A stretch of DNA of 13,572 nucleotides from a virus. Taxonomy: Duplodnaviria > Heunggongvirae > Uroviricota > Caudoviricetes. The stretch is taken from positions 1 to 13,572 of the IMG/VR virus record IMGVR_UViG_2671180637_000017; one strand, 5' to 3'. The position numbers and the translations under genes are program-made. The notes under the pieces are model-generated. The model was not told where the DNA came from. It made no database searches and saw nothing but the letters and a program-made list of their open reading frames with translations. Numbering within the stretch: position 1 is the first letter of the stretch; each line of letters opens with the position of its first letter. Shown here one piece after another: positions 1 to 7,735 of this stretch.

Positions 1-34
1 TCAGTCCGGAACAATTTGAAAACCAGAACCTCGC

Positions 35-922
35 TTAGGCCTGTGTCCATATTACGTGGGTAGGATCATACGTCGTGTCACCACAAATCCACGGCACATT
101 TACAGCACTGCCACCATGACACTGCGCGTTAAACACAGTGAGGTCAGCACGAAACTGCTTCAGCATGGCTGTAAACAGCGCAGGTTGCTGTGCGTGGGTG
201 GCGGCGCTCATGTCAAACTCTCCCTGCATCCAGCACACCGCCAGCAACACATTTTTCGGGTTCTTCTGTAATGCAGCTTTAGTGCGCGCAATCAGGTCCT
301 GATATAACGGTTTACCCACCCCCCAGCGCGCCGAATCCTGGCTGGCCCCCGCGTCCGCACTGAATGTCCCCTCCGCGCCCTGGGTGAATGCCGAACCACC
401 ACGACAGCATGGTACCAGCAGGATCCCCGCGTTATTCGGGATATACGGGAGCAGTTTTTTGGCAATATGTAAGCCCTGGCCGACACAGCCGTACTGCCCT
501 TTGCTCAGGTCTGCCTTCGGATGATTCAGCGTACTCATATCCTGCACATCATGCAGACAGTGGTCAGCCGGGATGATGTCGTTATACGTACAACTCTCTC
601 CACCCGGAGTTACCGTGCTGCGGCGCGCCAGCTGTTTAATGCGCGGATCCGGAGCATCGTAAGAATCCGGTAACGGAAGCCCTTCACCGTAGGCCATGCC
701 GTTGGACTGTCCGGCAAGCACAACCACGTAGAACCAGTCCGGCTCAGTTGCACCACTGACGACCACATCACCTTCTGCTGCAATCGCCTGCATCAGGGTA
801 TAAGGGGTTATGGCCACCGGACTACCAAACGGCTGCCAGCCCTCTTTCAGTTTATGTGTCAGCTTTTCCGCAAGGTCTGACGGCGACGCCGCCCTGACAA
901 CATCATAGTATTTAAATGCCAT
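35..922 (-). CDS. Prophage esterase: DUF1737-like N-terminus fused to an SGNH/SASA-family (sialate O-acetylesterase-like, NanS-p-like) domain
   Basis: 295-aa ORF with the SGNH-type GQSN block (VVVLAGQSNGMAYGEG). Its position downstream of Q and the tRNA array matches where this esterase family sits in lambdoid and Stx-type prophages. Family call is from memory, not searched. Confidence 0.7.
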   Translation of the reverse strand: MAFKYYDVVRAASPSDLAEKLTHKLKEGWQPFGSPVAITPYTLMQAIAAEGDVVVSGATEPDWFYVVVLAGQSNGMAYGEGLPLPDSYDAPDPRIKQLARRSTVTPGGESCTYNDIIPADHCLHDVQDMSTLNHPKADLSKGQYGCVGQGLHIAKKLLPYIPNNAGILLVPCCRGGSAFTQGAEGTFSADAGASQDSARWGVGKPLYQDLIARTKAALQKNPKNVLLAVCWMQGEFDMSAATHAQQPALFTAMLKQFRADLTVFNAQCHGGSAVNVPWICGDTTYDPTHVIWTQA

Positions 923-1371
923 GAATCCTCCCGGCCGGGATAATATTGTGAGTAAAATGAGGAGCGGGCTGAAGTCCGGAAGTTACAGGACAATGGCAGA
1001 AGAGAGACAACAGTCCGCAATACGAAAAAGGCCGCGCTATTGCGCAGAGTGATTACTGTCGGATATTATTCGCCAGCTGAAATATTACTTCACGTTTTGT
1101 TGTTTATTCCTTGCCGCCCGCGTCTCCCTGCGCGGGCTTTTTTTGTCCATAAGAAAGCCCCTCCGGAGAGGGGCTGGAGAGTGGCGCTATGTGCCATTGC
1201 ATGGTGCCGGGTGCCTCCCGGTGAATTCAGTACCAGCACCTGAATCCGCGATTATCCCATATACCTACTCGCTGATTGCCCCTCCGCACAGGTGGATTCA
1301 CCATGCCAGTTTCTTTTAACAAACTCCCCGCAAAACAGACAACTGTCAACCGTCTGAATTGTGAGACATTT

Positions 1372-1397
1372 AAAAAAAAGGCCCGCAAAAGCGAGCC
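1372..1397 (-). terminator. Rho-independent terminator downstream of the tRNA array
   Basis: Minus strand reads GGCTCGC-TTTT-GCGGGCC (7-bp stem with one G-U) followed by an 8-U run (plus-strand A8 at 1372-1379). Confidence 0.5.
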
Positions 1398-1413
1398 GGG
1401 AAAATAAGTGTAG

Positions 1414-1487
1414 CGCGTTGTACTGGAGTCGAACCAGTGACCGATTGCTTAGAAGGCAATTGCTCTGTCCTGCTGAGCTAACAACGC
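1414..1487 (-). tRNA. tRNA-Arg (anticodon UCU)
   Basis: Cloverleaf folded by hand on the minus strand: acceptor GCGTTGT/ACAACGC, D-stem GCTC/GAGC, anticodon stem ATTGC/GCAAT with loop CTTCTAA, T-stem ACTGG/CCAGT with loop TTCGACT, discriminator G. The 3' CCA is not encoded (CTA follows). Confidence 0.8.
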
Positions 1488-1500
1488 AGAATACCGATAA

Positions 1501-1576
1501 TGGACCACCACCGGGGACTCGAACCTCGCACACTCAACTTAAAGGGTTGACGCTCTTTCCTGATGGCTAGTGGCGG
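1501..1576 (-). tRNA. tRNA-like sequence, possibly degenerate; anticodon UUU if the loop is in canonical register
   Basis: 76-nt tRNA-shaped sequence with encoded CCA: acceptor CCGCCAC/GTGGTGG (one G-U), T-loop TTCGAGT, anticodon stem TCAAC/GTTGA with loop CCTTTAA. It has C rather than U at position 33, a poorly paired D-stem and an A-C mismatch in the T-stem. Confidence 0.45.
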
Positions 1577-1577
1577 T

Positions 1578-1653
1578 TGGTGGCCCTTGCTGGATTTGAA
1601 CCAGCGACCTGGCGATTATGAGTCGCTCGCTCTCACCACTGAGCTAAAGGGCC
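1578..1653 (-). tRNA. tRNA with CAU anticodon, ileX/ileZ-like tRNA-Ile2 (lysidine type) or Met
   Basis: 76 nt with encoded CCA: acceptor GGCCCTT/AAGGGCC, D-stem GCTC/GAGC, anticodon loop CTCATAA, T-loop TTCAAAT. It is the Q-proximal tRNA, as ileZ is in Stx/lambdoid prophages. Confidence 0.8.
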
Positions 1654-1758
1654 GGGCGCAGGATAATAACGTTACGAAATCAATGTTGCAAGCATACAAA
1701 AATCACCCTTATCTCCTCCACCAGCGCATTCACCATGTCTATCCGAGATAAGTGGCAC

Positions 1759-1782
1759 AAAAAAACCCGCTTGTGGGCGGGT
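1759..1782 (-). terminator. tR'-like rho-independent terminator between Q and the tRNA genes
   Basis: Minus strand CCCGC-CCACAA-GCGGG stem-loop followed by a 7-U run (plus A7 at 1759-1765). The plus strand also has a T-rich tail, so it may act bidirectionally. Confidence 0.6.
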
Positions 1783-1836
1783 TTTGTTTGCTTTTGCCAT
1801 CACGTACAAAATCGGCAAAATATCAGATTTGCATGA

Positions 1837-1865
1837 AATATATGCCTTTCAATCTACTTTTGCAA
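1837..1865 (-). promoter_or_regulatory. PR'-like late promoter with a downstream -10-like pause element (candidate qut region)
   Basis: Minus strand TTGCAA (plus 1860-1865), 17-bp spacer, TATATT (plus 1837-1842). The -35 overlaps the 3' end of the Q ORF. The predicted start is near 1830, followed by TGATATT (about 1819-1825) resembling a sigma70-dependent pause element. Confidence 0.5.
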
Positions 1866-2538
1866 CACTTTGCTTTGAAAATGCCGCCTTTTGTTTTGAA
1901 CGTGTTCTCATTACAAATAATAAAGCCTCACTATCCAGTCGGTGAAAAATGTGTTTCATTGCAACCCAGTGACGAGTAAATGTTTTGGACCAGTTTTTAG
2001 TTGTCACTCCCGCCAGTAATGCCAGCTCCTGATATTCATAACCTTCCCCACCAAAAAGTTCTGCTTTTACTGCCTGCGCCGCCAGCCAGATTAATTTTTT
2101 CAGGCGTTCCTGCGTTTTCCCAGCAATTTTTCTGGTACCGGATTGAGTATTAAATTCATTCCACGCCCACTGTGTTATCGCGATCTGATATTCCCAACAA
2201 ATACTCCCGCTGTAACACCACAACAACCAGGCTTTATGATGTTCTTCAAGAGACAGAACAGCCCGCCGCCACGATGATGTCAAAAACTCAACCGGACTGA
2301 CGAGAGGAATTGACGCCCCCTTCGCCAGCGATTGCTTTCCCGGGATTGGTGGATTATCCCGCGTTATCATTTTTCCAGTCACTTCATCGCGGTACCGGAT
2401 TTTTTTACGCCTGTAACGCCCTGTATCAAACATGGCATTCTCCTGCCAGGCCTCAAGCTGCCCTTTTGTTGATCCACTCAAATCGGCGGTGGCAATCATG
2501 AGTTGCTCACGAACAAACTGTAAATACTGGTTATTCAT
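1849..2538 (-). CDS. Late-gene antitermination protein Q-like
   Basis: 229-aa ORF immediately downstream of rusA with an ATGA start/stop overlap, followed by a PR'-like promoter, short terminator and tRNA array. The call rests mainly on synteny; sequence family not verified. Confidence 0.5.
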   Translation of the reverse strand: MNNQYLQFVREQLMIATADLSGSTKGQLEAWQENAMFDTGRYRRKKIRYRDEVTGKMITRDNPPIPGKQSLAKGASIPLVSPVEFLTSSWRRAVLSLEEHHKAWLLWCYSGSICWEYQIAITQWAWNEFNTQSGTRKIAGKTQERLKKLIWLAAQAVKAELFGGEGYEYQELALLAGVTTKNWSKTFTRHWVAMKHIFHRLDSEALLFVMRTRSKQKAAFSKQSVAKVD

Positions 2539-2894
2539 GCATACTCCAGTTCTGTGATTTTTATCCCCAACCGCCCACCAGGAACAAGCTGACCGCGCAC
2601 AATATTAATTTCATCAAACTGCTCGTCGTCTATGAGCAGCCCCGCATGCGTCAGTACATCCAGTGGTGCCTTCAGGATATTGTCCAGGTCACGACGGCGC
2701 TTATCCGGTGGCTCTGCAATAATTTCTATTGCCGGCCTTCCGGACAGGTTTAATTTCAGTTGCTGCTGGCGAACAATAAGCGCCACATCACGGCGATAAC
2801 GCTCACCGACTTTTGATACAAAATATGTGCTGCCACGGCGTCGCCAGTAAGTGTTCACCGTCGGCGGGTAAGGTAAAACCAAATCTATGAGCAT
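2535..2894 (-). CDS. rusA: Holliday junction resolvase RusA
   Basis: 119-aa protein with the conserved RusA core (PDKRRRDLDNILKAPLDVLTHAGLLIDDEQ) and a GGRL motif near the C-terminus; similar in length and motifs to E. coli RusA as recalled. Confidence 0.85.
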   Translation of the reverse strand: MLIDLVLPYPPTVNTYWRRRGSTYFVSKVGERYRRDVALIVRQQQLKLNLSGRPAIEIIAEPPDKRRRDLDNILKAPLDVLTHAGLLIDDEQFDEINIVRGQLVPGGRLGIKITELEYA

Positions 2895-2906
2895 CAGTCA
2901 CCTCTT

Positions 2907-3956
2907 TTACCCAAGCACGCCAGTTGCAAAGGCGTGATCAAGAAAACGAAAAATTAAATCAACCTGAGAACCATGCTTTTCTTCGAACGCCAGCGGATCC
3001 GCATGAAGCTCGTTGTGATGCTCCCGACACAGCGGTAGCGTGAAAATATCGTGAGATTTTGTCCCCATTCCGCCCTGACCATGACCAATCAGGTGATGGG
3101 GATCGTCGGCTGGCTTACCACAACACGCACACGGCTGTGTCTTCACCCAGCGTGTGTATTTCTCGTTAACCCAGCGGCGACGTTTAGGTCGTTTCATGAA
3201 AGATTCCGGAGACTCAGGATCAACGGCAATGCTGACCACCGTCTTTTCCTGTGGTGGGTTCTGTTGCTGGTGGGCGTGAGGCAGCGGCGCAAGATTTTTT
3301 GTGCGCTGTTTCAGTATGCTGGTGGCGGTCTGCTCTCCCGGTACGATGTCGCTTTCACGGTACATTGAGCGAATTTTTTCCGCACGCAACCCCAGCGAAC
3401 GACGTAATACCGCTTCCGGTAGCGCGTCCGCCACCTGATTGCGGACCGCCCACCAGGATAATTCAGCCAGCGATAATTCCCGTTCCTGCGAGCCATTCAT
3501 TGCATGGCGTATGACGTCAATCATCCATGCAGACAGGTTTTGGTGAGCAAGTTGCCCGAGTGATTCGGAGGTCTGGTCGCGCAGCTGGTTGTCGCAGTGC
3601 CAGCACAACACCATTGCGCCGGTACCATAACGGTGAATGACGGTTTCACTGTGGTGATAATCACCGTGTGGCCACTGGCAGGATTTAACATGGCGCAGTA
3701 ACCAGTCAGACAATGCGCCAGCGCCACCAGCAGCACGAATCACTCGTTCGTCGCTGAAAAATGGCAGTAATGATTTATCCTCCGCCAGCGGCTGGCGAAC
3801 GGCAGGAACGACCCCGGACGGCAGATTACGCATGCTTTTCGGTTCCGGCTCCACCAGTACCCGGGTATTGTGGAATACCGGCATGGATTCACGGCCCGGC
3901 TTAACGATCACCAGCCCGAGTTCCGGTACCAGAACAGGTCGAAGTAATACCCGCAC
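2907..3956 (-). CDS. DUF968-like lambdoid prophage protein (YdfU-like) with C-terminal HNH-like Cys/His motif
   Basis: 349-aa ORF; C-terminus CACCGKPADDPHHLIGHGQGGMGTKSHDIFTLPLCREHHNELH is Cys/His-rich like HNH/zinc-finger nucleases. Sits in the nin-like position upstream of rusA. Family call from memory. Confidence 0.55.
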   Translation of the reverse strand: MRVLLRPVLVPELGLVIVKPGRESMPVFHNTRVLVEPEPKSMRNLPSGVVPAVRQPLAEDKSLLPFFSDERVIRAAGGAGALSDWLLRHVKSCQWPHGDYHHSETVIHRYGTGAMVLCWHCDNQLRDQTSESLGQLAHQNLSAWMIDVIRHAMNGSQERELSLAELSWWAVRNQVADALPEAVLRRSLGLRAEKIRSMYRESDIVPGEQTATSILKQRTKNLAPLPHAHQQQNPPQEKTVVSIAVDPESPESFMKRPKRRRWVNEKYTRWVKTQPCACCGKPADDPHHLIGHGQGGMGTKSHDIFTLPLCREHHNELHADPLAFEEKHGSQVDLIFRFLDHAFATGVLG

Positions 3957-3957
3957 G

Positions 3958-4347
3958 TTACCTCCAGATCCGTTGCTGGAATGTGCGGGACGGACGCGGT
4001 GGGCGTTCGGAGTAAGGAAGCCTGACGGAGATTATCCAGTGACGGTAGTCGAGGCTAAGGGCTTTTTTAACCTCGTATCCGCGCCTGCGGTAACACTGAA
4101 TTATCCATTCAGCCTGCTCTTCAGTGCATGGTGGATGCTGGAACCAGTCCGATTTGAATGCATGAAAACGCCGTCCGCACCTGCTGGCAAAGACGGCAGA
4201 ATCATCAGAATTGTGTAATTTGGTATCGTGCGCCATCGGTTGTCTCTGCTGGCGCAGCAGGTGCCAGTTGTTCAGGCTGGCGTATAAAGTATAAATAAAC
4301 TGGTTCCAGTGTAAAGCCCCTACATTAATGGAATAAAAGTCAAACAA
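3958..4347 (-). CDS. Hypothetical prophage protein, start uncertain
   Basis: ORF abutting the start of the DUF968-like gene. The track start at 4347 is a TTG without a convincing SD; the internal ATG at 4234-4236 (MAHDTKL...) would give a 92-aa protein and may be the real start. Confidence 0.4.
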   Translation of the reverse strand: MFDFYSINVGALHWNQFIYTLYASLNNWHLLRQQRQPMAHDTKLHNSDDSAVFASRCGRRFHAFKSDWFQHPPCTEEQAEWIIQCYRRRGYEVKKALSLDYRHWIISVRLPYSERPPRPSRTFQQRIWR

Positions 4348-4501
4348 CAGATTGTTGGGATAAACACAACGCTTATTATTAAAAGCGATTAGATAAATTA
4401 AATTTTAATGTTATGCAATTTTACCAGATCACCATAACATCTCGTTTGAAACCACCGAAACAACAACCATATCAACATTGATTATGTTAAAGTGAGTAAA
4501 T

Positions 4502-4588
4502 ATGGAAAACAACAAATCTGCACATTACGCTCCTTTTTTATCTGTGATACTTTTTGTTTTATGCTGTGTGTGGGCATTATTTTTATAA
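4502..4588 (+). CDS. Candidate small hydrophobic peptide (28 aa) MENNKSAHYAPFLSVILFVLCCVWALFL
   Basis: ATG at 4502 with a weak upstream GTGAG, one predicted transmembrane-like segment, stop at 4586-4588. Convergent with hok and ending just before the shared hairpin at 4609-4626. No homology evidence. Confidence 0.2.
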   Translation: MENNKSAHYAPFLSVILFVLCCVWALFL

Positions 4589-4597
4589 AAATATTTA

Positions 4598-4627
4598 CAG
4601 ATAAAATAAACCCGCCGAAGCGGGTTA
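4598..4627 (-). terminator. Rho-independent terminator at the 3' end of the hok transcript
   Basis: Minus strand AACCCGC-TTCG-GCGGGTT stem-loop followed by a U-rich tail (TTATTTTATC). Confidence 0.55.
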
Positions 4628-4694
4628 AGTGCGGGTGCATTGAGGATGCCTGACACATCAGAGGTGGCGAGGGATTTCTCCCTCGCCGGGTCTC

Positions 4695-4850
4695 TTACTC
4701 CTCAGGTTCGTAAGCTGTGAAGACAGCGACCTCCGTCTGGCCGGTTCGGATTCGTACCTCGCAGAGGTCTTTCCTCGTTACCAGTGCCGTCACTATGACG
4801 GTTAAACAGATGACGATCAGGGCGATTAACATCGCCTTTTGCTGCTTCAT
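4695..4850 (-). CDS. hok: Hok-family type I toxin (51 aa), HokD/RelF-like
   Basis: MKQQKAMLIALIVICLTVIVTALVTRKDLCEVRIRTGQTEVAVFTAYEPEE: one transmembrane helix plus the conserved Hok C-terminus. Matches chromosomal HokD as I recall it; not verified by search. Confidence 0.85.
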   Translation of the reverse strand: MKQQKAMLIALIVICLTVIVTALVTRKDLCEVRIRTGQTEVAVFTAYEPEE

Positions 4851-4907
4851 AGCCTGCTTCTCCTTGCCTTTCGGCACGTAAGAGGCTAACCTAGATTTGC
4901 CGTTCAT
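4695..4907 (-). CDS. mok-like in-frame N-terminally extended reading frame over hok
   Basis: In-frame ATG at 4905-4907 with GAGG about 10 nt upstream, giving a 70-aa frame that shares the hok stop, as described for mok frames of chromosomal hok loci. Confidence 0.35.
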   Translation of the reverse strand: MNGKSRLASYVPKGKEKQAMKQQKAMLIALIVICLTVIVTALVTRKDLCEVRIRTGQTEVAVFTAYEPEE

Positions 4908-4958
4908 AGATTGAGCCTCAGATTAATGTTAAGCGTCTTGCAGGACGCGTAATGTTAA
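4899..4958 (+). ncRNA. Candidate sok-like antisense RNA
   Basis: Plus-strand TTGCCT (4864-4869), 17 bp, TAACCT (4887-4892) predicts a start near 4899. The transcript would be antisense to the mok start and SD and ends at hairpin GCGTC-TTGCAG-GACGC followed by GTAATGTT. Ends are predicted, not measured. Confidence 0.3.
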
Positions 4959-5446
4959 CTGGGGCTTTTCTCTATCTGCCGTTGGTGTTCATGCCTGAGA
5001 CAGATAGCCTCAAGCACCCGCAGCCATTCTACTTAACTCCCGTCACCTCGCCAATATGAAATCAGTCAGAAAGGCGATCCATAAGAACAACAGCAAGGCA
5101 ATAAATTGCCATTACAGCAGCAATAGCCAGCGCACATTTGAGAACCAGCACCACAACCTCCTGTATTGGACGTACACCAGTCCTGATAAATATGAGGCTG
5201 TCTCGTCAGTGATTCAATACAACTATTGGGTATAGTTTCTGTGATTTTGTTCTGTAGAAATGGAACACAACAACCAGTCACCACCAGCACTTCTTTAAAT
5301 ACGCCAAGTCCGACGCAAGCTAACCTTCTAGGCCGCTTTGAGCGAAGAGCGGACGCTCGCATCTGTCCCAACACACTGAGGGCTTCACGAACACCTAGGT
5401 GTACTCGTCAACTGGGAAAAAGTCAGATTATCTGCGTAAGTTTCAG

Positions 5447-5475
5447 CGTAAAAATTGGGCACTATAAAAGTGCCC
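5447..5475 (-). terminator. Rho-independent terminator closing the KAP NTPase island transcript
   Basis: Minus strand GGGCAC-TTTTATA-GTGCCC stem-loop followed by AATTTTTAC, 24 nt past the stop of the 713-aa ORF. Confidence 0.5.
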
Positions 5476-5498
5476 AAACTGTAGAAAAATACATAATG

Positions 5499-7640
5499 CT
5501 ATGTATCTGAGCCAAACATAGAGCGCCGCCTTGTTATTTTATAATAAGTGGGATTTTCATTATCCACCTCAAAATCAGAGAAGAAGTGGTTATCTCTTAA
5601 TGCTGTTAATAAACTTTGATTAGTTGAATCAACTTCAATTTTAGGTTTGCCTCGCCCCAAAATTTTACTGAACTCCGATAAACCAAGCAGATCAAGATAC
5701 TCTTTGCAAGTCGTCTTACTCAAATCCTTACCCGGCAACAAAGCGATTAGCAGTGCTATTTTATTCTGCATATTCAGTCCCTCTGCGACAAACAGGTTTT
5801 TTAGTAACGGTTCAGAAACATCATTAGGACTTGCTATCAATGCTGATATATCCTGTATTGCTCGACTCAAGATGAGCGACTGAGTAGAGGTTCCCCAAGT
5901 TTTATAAGATGACGTCAAGATTAGAAGTTCATCTGGTTTAAAATTATTTTCTAAAATATAGTCATTAACGACCTGAGAGTAATTCTTACTATAAATAGCC
6001 AACGGAGTTTTAACAAACTCGAGTAGCTTAACTTTCAAATCATCATCAACTTTCCAAGAAAGTATTGATATAGCCTCATCCAAAATAAAGTTATCAATCG
6101 TCATTAATTCAACGTATGCCCTGATATTCTTATGAATATAATAGGAAAGTTGCTCTGAATAGTTATCTCGTATGAAATTAAGTGGCGCAACATTCATACG
6201 AATAATATTTTTATCCACTAATATTTTGAACTTATCACTCGCGATATTACTAGCGCTAAAGGATGCTTTACAAATAATATTTAGTGAGCAAATTAATTTT
6301 TCATATTTATCATTTGATAAATCATTACAGATAACAATCGATTTAAATAATTTACCTTTAAGCTCGTTATCAATATTAATATTTTGAAAATTCAGGTCTA
6401 CATCAGTTCTATTGATAAATTCGATAAGTGAGTCATCCAGTCCATCAACATGTTCAAAATAAGAGACAATATTTTCCTCAGAGCACACTGCTCTATCTTT
6501 ATCCAACAAAGATGACCATAAAGATTCGCTCTCAACCTCACTCAGAGATGTCACGAAAGTTTGCAAAGCGTTTATATACTGGCCTTTTTGTTCATCAGAT
6601 ATTCCCTCATTATTAAGAACGGATAAAACAATGGATTCATCATCCACGATTGAACCATCACAACTAGATAAAACCATATCCAGATAGTCCCTAATATGGT
6701 TATTAACATAACTAGCCAAGGGAGAATCAGGTTGTGACATCACTAGTGTATAGTTCTTATGGCGAATATCATCTTCACTATTAAGCGTGTAAACCTTACT
6801 CAGCATTAAGGTCAGGTTGGAAAAATTAATATCATAAAGTGAATGCTGGTAAACCGCATCAAAGAGTACTTTATTTGCGTTTTCAAATTTAATACTGACA
6901 AAAGAGACGTTAAGCAACTTAAAACCACTAATTAATTTGTCAACCTTCGGTTCTGATATTGCTAAATAACCTGCCGAATCAGAGATGTAATCAGTCAGAC
7001 AATCATCAATATTAATGGCCTCGATGGCGTCATTGGCAGAATAATAAAACGTGCCTATAGAGTAGAGTTTAACCCAATCAGCAGAAAATTCACTCTCTGT
7101 CAGCGCATAAGAAAAAAACTCAGGCCACTGTGTATTTAATCGATTAATGAAGACAGGCTGAGCCCTCTCAGTTTCAAAGTAACCACGAATAAACTCAACT
7201 CTTCTATCTTTTCTTAGTTGTTTGAATAAACGTTTTATTAAGTTTACCTGGGCTGGCGTTTGAAGCAGATAAGCTAATAAATCAAAATTAAGCGCCTCTT
7301 CCTGTTCAAAATCCACTTCTCGAAGGCGGGCAACGACCAGCTTGGGGTTCTTGAGTTGATAAGTGAACTCTTTGCCTTTTTGATCGGTAATGCTGCGTAA
7401 AAACATCTTATCAATTCGACTCAGGCTATTTTCATAAAAATAGGTCATATAGTCGGTATAGGTTTCATCAATATAACCATCACGAATAAGGTATTTAAGC
7501 AAGTCAAAATACTCACTGCTTTTTATTTCATTAAAGTCTCTTTCCTCTCCAATTTCATTGGTATAGGTGAGTTTAAATATTTCATCAATGTTTTCTCTAG
7601 TTATTACTTCTTTAAGTCTTTTGTTTCTAGAATCAACCAA
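5499..7640 (-). CDS. Large alpha-helical protein, probably the C-terminal portion of the KAP NTPase gene
   Basis: 713-aa ORF in AT-rich DNA whose track start is a TTG. By hand translation the same frame stays open a further 75 codons upstream to 7865 (KKEIEAINDEILNSSQEVD...), where it meets the upstream ORF at an A6 run. Confidence 0.6.
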   Translation of the reverse strand: MVDSRNKRLKEVITRENIDEIFKLTYTNEIGEERDFNEIKSSEYFDLLKYLIRDGYIDETYTDYMTYFYENSLSRIDKMFLRSITDQKGKEFTYQLKNPKLVVARLREVDFEQEEALNFDLLAYLLQTPAQVNLIKRLFKQLRKDRRVEFIRGYFETERAQPVFINRLNTQWPEFFSYALTESEFSADWVKLYSIGTFYYSANDAIEAINIDDCLTDYISDSAGYLAISEPKVDKLISGFKLLNVSFVSIKFENANKVLFDAVYQHSLYDINFSNLTLMLSKVYTLNSEDDIRHKNYTLVMSQPDSPLASYVNNHIRDYLDMVLSSCDGSIVDDESIVLSVLNNEGISDEQKGQYINALQTFVTSLSEVESESLWSSLLDKDRAVCSEENIVSYFEHVDGLDDSLIEFINRTDVDLNFQNINIDNELKGKLFKSIVICNDLSNDKYEKLICSLNIICKASFSASNIASDKFKILVDKNIIRMNVAPLNFIRDNYSEQLSYYIHKNIRAYVELMTIDNFILDEAISILSWKVDDDLKVKLLEFVKTPLAIYSKNYSQVVNDYILENNFKPDELLILTSSYKTWGTSTQSLILSRAIQDISALIASPNDVSEPLLKNLFVAEGLNMQNKIALLIALLPGKDLSKTTCKEYLDLLGLSEFSKILGRGKPKIEVDSTNQSLLTALRDNHFFSDFEVDNENPTYYKITRRRSMFGSDT

Positions 7641-7735
7641 ACTTTCTCTTGATCTTGATATAAGCTCATTAATTTCTTCTATTTTACCATTAAATTTATT
7701 TTCAACACTTTCTTTTCTAGCCGCCCTTCTCTTTG

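Noticed and set aside
56-576. Plus-strand ORFs 56-271 and 388-576 inside the esterase gene
   Set aside because: Antisense shadow ORFs inside a well-supported minus-strand CDS; no RBS and Arg/Pro-rich junk-like composition.
1040-1979. ORFs 1040-1243, 1252-1533, 1361-1570, 1563-1751 and 1752-1979
   Set aside because: They run through tRNA genes, terminator hairpins and the PR'-like promoter; chance ORFs in non-coding DNA.
2310-4218. Plus-strand and alternate-frame ORFs overlapping the Q-like, DUF968-like and 129-aa genes (2310-2501, 3051-3368, 3251-3514, 3311-3496, 3521-3736, 3832-4218)
   Set aside because: Embedded in better-supported minus-strand genes, with no RBS and Arg/Pro/Trp-rich composition typical of out-of-frame translation of GC-rich coding DNA.
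5056-5374. Cys-rich 102-aa minus ORF (5066-5374) and an overlapping 59-aa plus ORF (5056-5235) between hok and the island
   Set aside because: Low-complexity Cys/Gly composition, no convincing RBS, and the region is more likely hok leader and promoter DNA. I cannot exclude a small gene without comparative data.
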